The translations under genes were made by a program, and so were the position numbers. A DNA stretch of 32,000 bases from Candidatus Altimarinota bacterium (GTDB lineage: Bacteria; Patescibacteriota; Gracilibacteria; UBA1369): the NCBI GenBank assembly GCA_041659405.1, contig JBAZYK010000013.1, positions 1 to 32,000 of the forward strand, given 5' to 3'. Positions 1 through 7,597 of this stretch are shown here, piece by piece (the first letter of the stretch is position 1; every line of letters begins with the position of its first letter). The notes under the pieces were generated by a model that was not told where the DNA came from, made no database searches, and was given only the letters and a program-made list of their open reading frames with translations.

Positions 1-58
1 CCAGGATAACTTTAAGTTTGAACGCTCCATCGTACTGTTTCCGTATACCTTTTGGCAT
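1..58 (-). CDS. 5' end of an ORF that runs off the left edge of the window (MPKGIRKQYDGAFKLKVIL...); possibly an IS3-family OrfA-like transposase N-terminus
   Basis: ATG at 58-56 on the minus strand, open to position 1 (19 codons). The basic start followed by 'FKLKV' resembles N-termini of IS3-type OrfA proteins, but 19 aa is too short for a real call. Confidence 0.2.
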   Translation of the reverse strand, partial: MPKGIRKQYDGAFKLKVIL

Positions 59-161
59 AATTTTTGGGGTTAAAAACCTCTCTTAGCATACCCCATTTTT
101 CTGTCCGATTTTGCGGGACCATTATAGTATTTTGCTAATAAGTCTTTTGATTGAGCCATAA

Positions 162-695
162 TTATATATTTAGGGATTTTTCTTTGATAACAATCCAGCC
201 GGAGTCACCAGGGAGCTGATAGAATAGACCTATTTTATCAATTGTAAATCTAAACTCTGGCTGATAATTTGTTTTAAGATATTTATATGCTTTATCGAAA
301 GTTTCTTCATCAATGTCATCATATGCTAAAGTTGCATGAAAAATCATGTCATCTTTTATAAGTTTAGGATTGCATTTATTTTTAATATCACCAAATATTA
401 TTTCATAAATATCATATAATTTTTGATTATTTTTGACATCTAAATAAATAACTTTTTTTCCAAAAGAGTTAAATCCTTTTAGTTCCACCTCAAATGCCTT
501 AATTTTTCCACATAATTCATCAAGATAATTTTTATATGATGATAATTCTTCAACTTCAAAAGGAGGTTTTATGGTTATATGAGGGGGCTGATAAAGCCCT
601 TTTCGAAGATTGAATTTATTAAATAATAATAGCTCCACCTCTCTCATGAAATTATTTATTTCACCTCCCAGGATGATTCCATATCCAATTTGCAT
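162..695 (-). CDS. 2H phosphoesterase superfamily protein (LigT / 2',3'-cyclic phosphodiesterase-like)
   Basis: 177 aa with the two diagnostic H-x-T/S-x motifs of the 2H fold: 'PPHITIKPPF' and 'IFHATLAY'. Size is typical for LigT/ThpR-like enzymes. ATG start confirmed at 695-693. Very AT-rich gene. Confidence 0.75.
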   Translation of the reverse strand: MQIGYGIILGGEINNFMREVELLLFNKFNLRKGLYQPPHITIKPPFEVEELSSYKNYLDELCGKIKAFEVELKGFNSFGKKVIYLDVKNNQKLYDIYEIIFGDIKNKCNPKLIKDDMIFHATLAYDDIDEETFDKAYKYLKTNYQPEFRFTIDKIGLFYQLPGDSGWIVIKEKSLNI

Positions 696-707
696 AAAAA
701 AGTTTTA

Positions 708-1739
708 TTAAATATCGGTTTGGATAATATCTGATAAATTCACAAATAGTTGTTCCATTTCATCACGACTTCTACAGGAAGCTCTTACCCATTTATCAGC
801 TAGGCCATCTATTGTAGCACAATCTCTCACCAAAAGGCCTCTTTCTTTTAATTTTTTTTCGATTTCTGTACTTGAAATACCTTCCTTAAAACCCAATAAA
901 ACAAAAGGTCCTTCAGGTTTGATAACTTCTACAGTATCTTGTGAAAATGTGTCCATAGCAAGAGCGTAGGTTTGATTTATTCTATCACCGAAAATTTGCC
1001 TGGTAGAATTAACAAAATCTCTGTCCCGCAGTACGTGTTTAATTGCAGGTACGGATATTGGAGATAACGTATAAGGAATCATATTTTCTTCGTAGCTTTG
1101 AATATTATCAGATGATGAGACTAAGATCCCAGTTCTTAAACCAGGAATTGAATAAAATTTTGAAAATGAAATTACTACATATACATTTTCTACAGAGGCT
1201 GCAAAAGCCATAAGACTCCTTTTTTGAAATTCAGGAATAAATAATAAATAAGTTTCATCAATCACAAAATCAACATGGGGATATTCAGCCGCAAGGGTCT
1301 TTATTATTTCGGTATCGTATAGTTTTGAAGTTGGGTTATTTGGATTACAGAGATATACAACTGCAGATTTTTCAATCTCTTTCCTTAGTTCCCCATAATC
1401 AACCTGAAAGTCCGAAGTGGGGCCAATAGGGAAGCGTACGATTTGTTTTTTTTCACGCCGACTTGATGCAGTATATTGCCAGAAAGTGGGGGATGGTATT
1501 AAAACTCGACCCTCATTAAGAATTCTAGGAAGATTATATATGATTTCCGTTGCCCCAGCTCCAAAAGTTACTGTTGAATTATCCAGATTATTTGCTTCAG
1601 CAAAAACCTTTTTCAGATCATCATTTGAATATGCTTCTGGATATTCTGAGCAAAGTTGTATTGAGTCACGAAGGACTTCCATAGTGCCCTCTGGTACACC
1701 TAGAGAATTTAAGTTTTTAGCGAAATCCAATATTTTCAT
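708..1739 (-). CDS. PLP-dependent aminotransferase class I/II fold, HisC / CobD (threonine-phosphate decarboxylase)-like
   Basis: 343 aa. 'LCNPNNPTSKLY' (the N-P-x-N-P-T-G-like motif) and 'SFSKFYSIPGLRTG' (S-x-S-K PLP-lysine motif followed by G-x-R). The short length fits the HisC/CobD subgroup. The ATG at 1739 overlaps the upstream gene's stop by 4 nt. Confidence 0.8.
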   Translation of the reverse strand: MKILDFAKNLNSLGVPEGTMEVLRDSIQLCSEYPEAYSNDDLKKVFAEANNLDNSTVTFGAGATEIIYNLPRILNEGRVLIPSPTFWQYTASSRREKKQIVRFPIGPTSDFQVDYGELRKEIEKSAVVYLCNPNNPTSKLYDTEIIKTLAAEYPHVDFVIDETYLLFIPEFQKRSLMAFAASVENVYVVISFSKFYSIPGLRTGILVSSSDNIQSYEENMIPYTLSPISVPAIKHVLRDRDFVNSTRQIFGDRINQTYALAMDTFSQDTVEVIKPEGPFVLLGFKEGISSTEIEKKLKERGLLVRDCATIDGLADKWVRASCRSRDEMEQLFVNLSDIIQTDI

Positions 1740-2413
1740 ACAGCACTAGGTAATCTAATCTGATCGAACCTGTCTTGAATAATCCTCGTAATATGTGCAA
1801 TAGATTTGGGATTTCTTTTATAACCAAGGAACATTTCTCCCTCTTCTCCTTGTCGATTTTTAAACAGGCTTTCTATAAGAGATTCAACACTTACCACATC
1901 GTAAAGCCCGAGTAAGTCTAAAGCAACTCTTACCAATTGATTTTCAGCAATTGCTCTAAAAGATTCATAAGCTCCAAAGTCTTTCCCGAAAAATTCATGG
2001 GGAGAAGTTAATGCATTAAATAATAAACGATATCGTACCGGTAAAGAGGCTAGAAAACTTGCTTCTTTTATGATTGGAGGGACGATTATTTTACCATTTT
2101 CCTTGCTCAATCCTTTAAGATTAACAGCTTGGCTAATATCATCGTAGGAAACTACCAGTTTATTATTATAAGGCACTTCTTCATCCTGCATTAAGGCATG
2201 ATCAATATGATATTTTACTATAAACTCTGTAAGTGAACTAATGTCATCTGGAGTAACATCTGGAGTAGCAAAAAAGACATCTAAATCTGAATTAGCTTGT
2301 GCGGTTTCACTTGGGTATGATCCATACGCGCATCCAAAGTATGGCCGATCTCGAAAATAATCTTTTGCAGAAGAGGCCAAGTCGTATAATAAATTTTCTT
2401 TAGATAGAGCCAT
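1736..2413 (-). CDS. Pol-beta superfamily nucleotidyltransferase with C-terminal helical domain (KNTase/ANT-like architecture)
   Basis: 225 aa. 'YGSYPSETAQANSDLDVFF' is the G-S-x(n)-D-x-D minimal nucleotidyltransferase signature, followed by a ~130-aa mainly helical region. Overlaps both neighbours (4 nt and 14 nt). Confidence 0.65.
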   Translation of the reverse strand: MALSKENLLYDLASSAKDYFRDRPYFGCAYGSYPSETAQANSDLDVFFATPDVTPDDISSLTEFIVKYHIDHALMQDEEVPYNNKLVVSYDDISQAVNLKGLSKENGKIIVPPIIKEASFLASLPVRYRLLFNALTSPHEFFGKDFGAYESFRAIAENQLVRVALDLLGLYDVVSVESLIESLFKNRQGEEGEMFLGYKRNPKSIAHITRIIQDRFDQIRLPSAV

Positions 2414-3881
2414 CCTCTATGCGTTTAGCGAGTGAAGCAACATATTCCACCATCTCATCAATCAAATCAGTTGTGATCCTCAAGTTACCTGTCATAAATC
2501 TCAGCGGATAGATAATTTCATCTTTTTTAACTTTTCCACTGTCGGGAACACTAAACTGATGAAGATGAAATTTACCTTCGGCCAAGATCATATCATGAAG
2601 TCGTTTATTTAGCTGGTTGATTCCATTGATATTATCTGAATCCATATCTCCCTTATATAAAAAAGCAACAGAGTTTATATCAACATCGTTAATAACTACA
2701 AACCGATTATTCCGTTTTAGTGTTTCTGCGAGATAGATTGCCATATCATGTCTATGCTCAACCATTGCAGCCAATCCTTCTCTCCCAGCATTTTTCATCA
2801 TGAACCATAATTTTAAAGAATTCCATGGTCTGCTGCCCAAAAAAGGAGTTACTTGCCCAAAGGCAAAAGGCTCTTGCATGATTAAATCTGACAAACTTGT
2901 GACAGTTTTTAAAGCACTTGGCTCTCTAACTAGCAATGCACTAACTACATAAGGTGTTGTCATTACCTTATGCGGGTCCATGGTAATACTATCAAATCTT
3001 TCTATTCCTTTTATTTTCCCTTTTAATTTTGGGCTAAAACCTAAACTGAAACCATGACAAGCATCAGCATGTAACCAAATCTCTTCACTGGCTGTTTTTG
3101 CTCTATCGGCCAATGCATTAAAATTATCAACCGTCATAGTCCTACTATCACCACAGTAAGCAACCAAGCACATAATATCATCAGCTCTTTCACGAAGAAC
3201 ACCATCTAATTCGTCTAGGTCATATTTGAAGTCTTTTGTGCCTACTTCGATCAGTCTATTACCAAGACCAGCCCACATTTGTGCGCTTTTTACACTATAA
3301 TGTCCAATTCCTTTAGGAACCACTATGTAGCTTTTATCTAAATCAGTAACACCTTTCTCCATGGCATTCGGAAATTTATGTTCTCTTGCTAGTAAAATTC
3401 CTGTTGCATTACTTCCAGTACCTCCTGGAGTGATGATGCCTCCAACATCCCAAATATCTTTTATTTCCGAGCTAACTTCGTAGCCAACAGTCTCTCTTAG
3501 CCATTGTAAAACTGAAATTTCAGCAAAAGTTCCAACAGGGGAACAAAAACTCTGATTAATTAAATTCTGATTCGTCATTAATTCTGCTATCCCACCAGCA
3601 AGAGCAGCCACAGAGTTTCCAGCATCAGGGAAACCCATAAATTGAGGACTTGAAAAATTAGTACAGTAAGGAAGAAATCTTTCTTTAAATTCTTTTATCA
3701 ACTGTTCAACTGGCACGCCACCTTCAGGAAACGGCTCAATAAACGCTTTTCCCTCCCCAGGTTTAAGAGTTTTTTGAGCAACATTATCTTGAAGCTTAAA
3801 ATCAATCCCGTCCTTAATAACTTGTTGTAATAATTTTTCGACCCCTTCTGCGTTGTCTGGGCCTAGAATTTCAATCGGCAT
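2400..3881 (-). CDS. Group II pyridoxal-dependent amino-acid decarboxylase
   Basis: 493 aa. 'TPGGTGSNATGIL', 'HADACHGF' and 'SITMDPHKVMTTPY' (PLP lysine in the D-P-H-K motif) are characteristic of the Glu/Tyr/Asp/DABA decarboxylase family. Substrate cannot be told from sequence by eye. Confidence 0.85.
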   Translation of the reverse strand: MPIEILGPDNAEGVEKLLQQVIKDGIDFKLQDNVAQKTLKPGEGKAFIEPFPEGGVPVEQLIKEFKERFLPYCTNFSSPQFMGFPDAGNSVAALAGGIAELMTNQNLINQSFCSPVGTFAEISVLQWLRETVGYEVSSEIKDIWDVGGIITPGGTGSNATGILLAREHKFPNAMEKGVTDLDKSYIVVPKGIGHYSVKSAQMWAGLGNRLIEVGTKDFKYDLDELDGVLRERADDIMCLVAYCGDSRTMTVDNFNALADRAKTASEEIWLHADACHGFSLGFSPKLKGKIKGIERFDSITMDPHKVMTTPYVVSALLVREPSALKTVTSLSDLIMQEPFAFGQVTPFLGSRPWNSLKLWFMMKNAGREGLAAMVEHRHDMAIYLAETLKRNNRFVVINDVDINSVAFLYKGDMDSDNINGINQLNKRLHDMILAEGKFHLHQFSVPDSGKVKKDEIIYPLRFMTGNLRITTDLIDEMVEYVASLAKRIEDGSI

Positions 3882-3887
3882 ATGCTA

Positions 3888-5765
3888 TTAGTTGAAGAAG
3901 TCCTTCAAATCTTTCACTGCGGAAAATCTTATACGCATCTCTTCAACTTGCTCATTAGTTAGTTTCACAAATAACATTTGTGGTTTCTTGATTTCTAATT
4001 GGTTTGGCATAGAATCAAAACTTCTAACTTCTGTTAAATTGGCCGGATCAGATGCTTGTCCCTCTAAATTTAATTGATCCCATATTTTAGTTGCAGTATC
4101 TGGAAGGAAAGGTACAAGTAAAGTTGCCAATACTTTACTAATGTATGAACATACAAAAATAACAGCTTTCGCTCTTTCGGGATCGGTCTTGATTGCGCTC
4201 CATGGAGCCGCCTGATCAATGTATTTATTGCCGAGTGATGCAATATCAAAAACTGTTTTAAATGCAGTTTTTATATGTACTTCATCCATACTCTTTTCAT
4301 GTGCATCAACAAGTTCATTAACTTTAGCTATCAAATCTCTTTCTAAGTCAGTTAAATTTTCATTTTTAACTTTCTCCAACTTACCGCCAAATTTCGAGAA
4401 ATTAAATGAAGATGATCGATGTACAAAATTTGATAATACATCACACAGCATTTTGTTATTCGTAATTTGGAATTCGGACCAGCTAAATTCAGTATCTGAT
4501 TTTTCAGGAATGATCAGTGCTAGATATGCTCTAAAAAGATCAGGGTTTACGTCTGAATCTAAGAATGTTTCACAGAAAACACCACGTTTTTTACTCTTTG
4601 AAAATTTTGCTCCTTCATAGGTTAAATATTGCATTCCTTCAACATGGTCAGGCAGTTTATATTTCCCCGCAGCCATTAAAATTGCTGGCCAGAATATTGT
4701 GTGAAATGGAATATTATCTTTACCCAAAAAGTGAAAAACTTCTGTGGCTCCTTCGTTGCCAGCCTCTTTTTCCCAATATTGACGCCAGTTTTCTTCAATT
4801 TCAGCAAGGAAGGAAATATAAGCTATAGGAGCTTCAAACCAAACGTAAAGCACCTTATCCTCCATGCCTTCAGCAGGAACTTGTATTCCATGTTTTAAAT
4901 CTCTTGTAATGCTGCGTTTTTTGAGTCCAGAATCTAACCAGCCAAGAGCCAAGTTTCTAACCTGAGGCCTCCAAGTACTTCTTGTTTCAATCCAACTTCG
5001 TAATTGATCTTCGAATTTTCCCAAATCCAAGAAAAGATGTTCAGTAGTTCTTAACTTCGGTGTAGCACCTGTAAGCTTTGATTTCGGATCAATAATTTCT
5101 TTTGGATCAAGGACATGGGTACAAACTTCACATTGATCACCTGAAGCTTCCTTAAATCCGCAGTTGGCACAAGTTCCTTCAATATATCTGTCCGCCAAAA
5201 ATCTCTGAGCTTCTGGATCATAAAACATCTCGATCGTTTCTTTGGTAATATGTCCAGCTTGAAAAATTTCAGCAAAAACCTGTTGAACAATTTCTTTATG
5301 CTTTGGGGAACTGGTTCTTGAATAGTTGTCATAAGAAATTCCAAACCATTCGTAAATTCTTGCATGTATCCCGTGGATAACATCACAGAAGGTCTTATGA
5401 TCTATCCCCAACTGTTCAGCTGCAAGTTCTGAAGGGGTACCATGTTCATCGGATCCGCCAATAAATAATGTTTTAATACCTTTCTGTCTTGAATGACGAG
5501 CAAAAATATCAGCAGGCAAATGTGATCCCACGATATGTCCCAAATGAGGGACATTATTTATGTATGGTAGTGCAGCCGTAATTAACCTACTTTTAACCGC
5601 CTGAGTGACATCTCCAATTTCTTTGTGTACAGTTCCCTCCGGAACGATCTCATGACCGCCGTCTTCGTCAGTTTCATGATCAACATTCTCACCATCTTGT
5701 TCGGGTTTTCGAGTGGGCTCTAGTGTCGCTCTCAGATTGTCTCCTTGTGAAGTCTCAATTCCCAT
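3888..5765 (-). CDS. metG: Methionyl-tRNA synthetase with an unusual ~55-aa acidic N-terminal extension
   Basis: 'PYINNVPHLGHIVGS' (HIGH motif), 'KFSKSKKRG' (KMSKS motif), zinc knuckle 'CANCGFKEASGDQCEVC'. The ORF track starts at a TTG (5792); I prefer the in-frame ATG at 5765 (MGIETSQ...). Confidence 0.9.
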   Translation of the reverse strand: MGIETSQGDNLRATLEPTRKPEQDGENVDHETDEDGGHEIVPEGTVHKEIGDVTQAVKSRLITAALPYINNVPHLGHIVGSHLPADIFARHSRQKGIKTLFIGGSDEHGTPSELAAEQLGIDHKTFCDVIHGIHARIYEWFGISYDNYSRTSSPKHKEIVQQVFAEIFQAGHITKETIEMFYDPEAQRFLADRYIEGTCANCGFKEASGDQCEVCTHVLDPKEIIDPKSKLTGATPKLRTTEHLFLDLGKFEDQLRSWIETRSTWRPQVRNLALGWLDSGLKKRSITRDLKHGIQVPAEGMEDKVLYVWFEAPIAYISFLAEIEENWRQYWEKEAGNEGATEVFHFLGKDNIPFHTIFWPAILMAAGKYKLPDHVEGMQYLTYEGAKFSKSKKRGVFCETFLDSDVNPDLFRAYLALIIPEKSDTEFSWSEFQITNNKMLCDVLSNFVHRSSSFNFSKFGGKLEKVKNENLTDLERDLIAKVNELVDAHEKSMDEVHIKTAFKTVFDIASLGNKYIDQAAPWSAIKTDPERAKAVIFVCSYISKVLATLLVPFLPDTATKIWDQLNLEGQASDPANLTEVRSFDSMPNQLEIKKPQMLFVKLTNEQVEEMRIRFSAVKDLKDFFN

Positions 5766-5884
5766 ACGTAATTTTATTAAAATAGGGGCCAATTCTGCTA
5801 TAGCAAGTCTTTTTTGTCAAGTAAATTTATTGGAGGGTACTTGTTCGTGAGTCTTTTACGTGTAGCAACCAAAAGGCCAGTACG

Positions 5885-5912
5885 TTGTTTTCTTTATCCA
5901 CTCTGTTACAAT
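5885..5912 (+). promoter_or_regulatory. Candidate sigma70-type promoter with extended -10 (TGtTACAAT) for the Cys-rich protein gene
   Basis: TTGTTT (5885-5890), 16-nt spacer, TG (5904-5905) n TACAAT (5907-5912). Lies 63 nt upstream of the ATG at 5975. The 11-mer TCTGTTACAAT recurs at 8702-8712. Confidence 0.4.
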
Positions 5913-5974
5913 AGACCAGAATAGTCTCAAAATAGTACTAGTCCCTATCAAGCAGCCAGAAAATCTTGAAACTC

Positions 5975-7597
5975 ATGCAAAAAACCTGCACTCAATGCAA
6001 TAAAAGTTACGAAGTTTTCTCTGAAGATCTCGAACTTTATGCAAAAGTATCGCCTGTTTTTGCTGGCAAAAAATATTTGATTCCGGCGCCGGAAATCTGC
6101 CCGCATTGCCGGTTTATTTGCAAAGGGGCGTTTAGAAATGAACACACTTATTACAGGACAAAGTCTTCTTTTTCCGGCAAACCTTTGATTTCGGTTTATG
6201 CGCCAGACAGAGCCTATAAAGTGTTTTCTTATGATGAGTGGTGGGGCGATAAATGGAGCGCGTTGGACTTTGGCAGGGATTTTGATTTTAATCGCGGATT
6301 TTTTGAACAGTTTGCGGAGCTTTTTATGGAAGTTCCTAAAATCAATTTGATACAGGATGGGACTTCCGAGAACTGCGAATATACTAATTTTGGCTCAGAG
6401 AACAAGAATTGTTATTTTACTTTAGGGTTTCACGCTGAGAATGTTTATTATTCAATTGATGCTTTGATGAGCAACGATTGTGTTGATTGTTTGCATATAA
6501 TCGCCGGTGAAAAACTTTATGAATGTGTTAGTTGCCAGCAGTGTTTTAATTCAAAGTATTTGAACCGCTGCAATCAGTGCATTGACAGTTACTTTTTAGA
6601 AAATTGTATTTCATGTAAAGATTGTTTAGGCTGTAAAAACCTTAGGCACAAGCAGTATTATATCTTCAATAAGCCATATTCAAAGGATGAGTATTTTGAA
6701 AAGTTGAAAAGTTACGAATTAAATACTCATGAAGGAGTCACCAAATTCAAAAAAGAATATGAAGAATTTAAATTAAAATTGCCGACTCTTTTTGCGATGC
6801 AAAGGCTTTCGGAAAACAGTACCGGAGAATTTCTTGATGGGGCGAAGAATTGTCATATGTGTTATCTGGTTGTGATGGGTGGGGAAAATTGCCGGCATAG
6901 TTATATGGTTGGTAGAAATTGCAAAGATATGATTGATTGCAGTAATACGGACGGGGAGCTGAACTGTTTTTCTGATGGAATGTTGAATTCGCAAAGAATT
7001 TTATTTTCACATTTTATCAGAAATTGTTCGGAGGTTTTTTATTCCATGTATTGTTACAATTCACAAAATTTATTTGGGTGTACGGGGCTTGTACGAAAGC
7101 AGTACTGTATTTTTAATAAACAATATTCCAGGGAAGAGTATGAAGATCTGGTTCCAAAAATTATTGAAAAAATGACTGAAATGGGCGAATGGGGAAAATA
7201 TTTCCCGTTGAAAATGTCTGCATTCGGGTATAACGAAACTTTTGCTTACGATATGAATCCTTTAAGCAAAGAAGCGGCTTTGAAACTTGGATTTCAGTGG
7301 TCGGATTATCGGCAGGAACTAGAGGTTAGCCAGGGTGAACATGTCATTACCTGTGAAGTGACGGGAAGGAATTTTAAACTGATAAAACAGGAAATTGAGT
7401 TTTATGAAAAACACGGAATTCCTTTGCCAAAAAGGCATCCCAATGTCCGAATCGAGCAAAGATATAGGATCAGAAACCCGAATGAATTTTGGAAAAGAAA
7501 TTGCGCAAAGTGTAGCGCGGAAATTGTGACTACTTATAATCCCAACAAGCCGGGAATCATTTATTGCGAAAAATGTTATCTGGCCGAGGTTTATTGA
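5975..7597 (+). CDS. Cys-rich multi-zinc-ribbon repeat protein, function unknown
   Basis: 540 aa from the ATG at 5975 (the track starts at a TTG at 5966). Many CxxC / C-x-x-x-C pairs. Homologous N- and C-terminal zinc-ribbon modules and an internally duplicated central region ('RHKQYYIFNKPYSKDEY' / 'VRKQYCIFNKQYSREEY'). Confidence 0.7.
   Translation: MQKTCTQCNKSYEVFSEDLELYAKVSPVFAGKKYLIPAPEICPHCRFICKGAFRNEHTYYRTKSSFSGKPLISVYAPDRAYKVFSYDEWWGDKWSALDFGRDFDFNRGFFEQFAELFMEVPKINLIQDGTSENCEYTNFGSENKNCYFTLGFHAENVYYSIDALMSNDCVDCLHIIAGEKLYECVSCQQCFNSKYLNRCNQCIDSYFLENCISCKDCLGCKNLRHKQYYIFNKPYSKDEYFEKLKSYELNTHEGVTKFKKEYEEFKLKLPTLFAMQRLSENSTGEFLDGAKNCHMCYLVVMGGENCRHSYMVGRNCKDMIDCSNTDGELNCFSDGMLNSQRILFSHFIRNCSEVFYSMYCYNSQNLFGCTGLVRKQYCIFNKQYSREEYEDLVPKIIEKMTEMGEWGKYFPLKMSAFGYNETFAYDMNPLSKEAALKLGFQWSDYRQELEVSQGEHVITCEVTGRNFKLIKQEIEFYEKHGIPLPKRHPNVRIEQRYRIRNPNEFWKRNCAKCSAEIVTTYNPNKPGIIYCEKCYLAEVY

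Noticed and set aside
162-2413. Nucleotidyltransferase + 2H phosphoesterase as a cyclic-oligonucleotide signalling (CBASS-like synthase plus ring nuclease) pair
   Set aside because: The NTase is only 225 aa with a KNTase-like helical C-domain and lacks the larger cGAS/DncV-like architecture. There is no effector gene. The two PLP enzymes between and around them argue for small-molecule chemistry.
4219-4898. Plus-strand ORFs (133, 87, 65 aa) and the 5051-5386 minus-strand alternate-frame ORF within metG; the 1417-1749 + ORF within the aminotransferase gene
   Set aside because: They are antisense or out of frame to genes with clear family motifs, and their translations are low-complexity.
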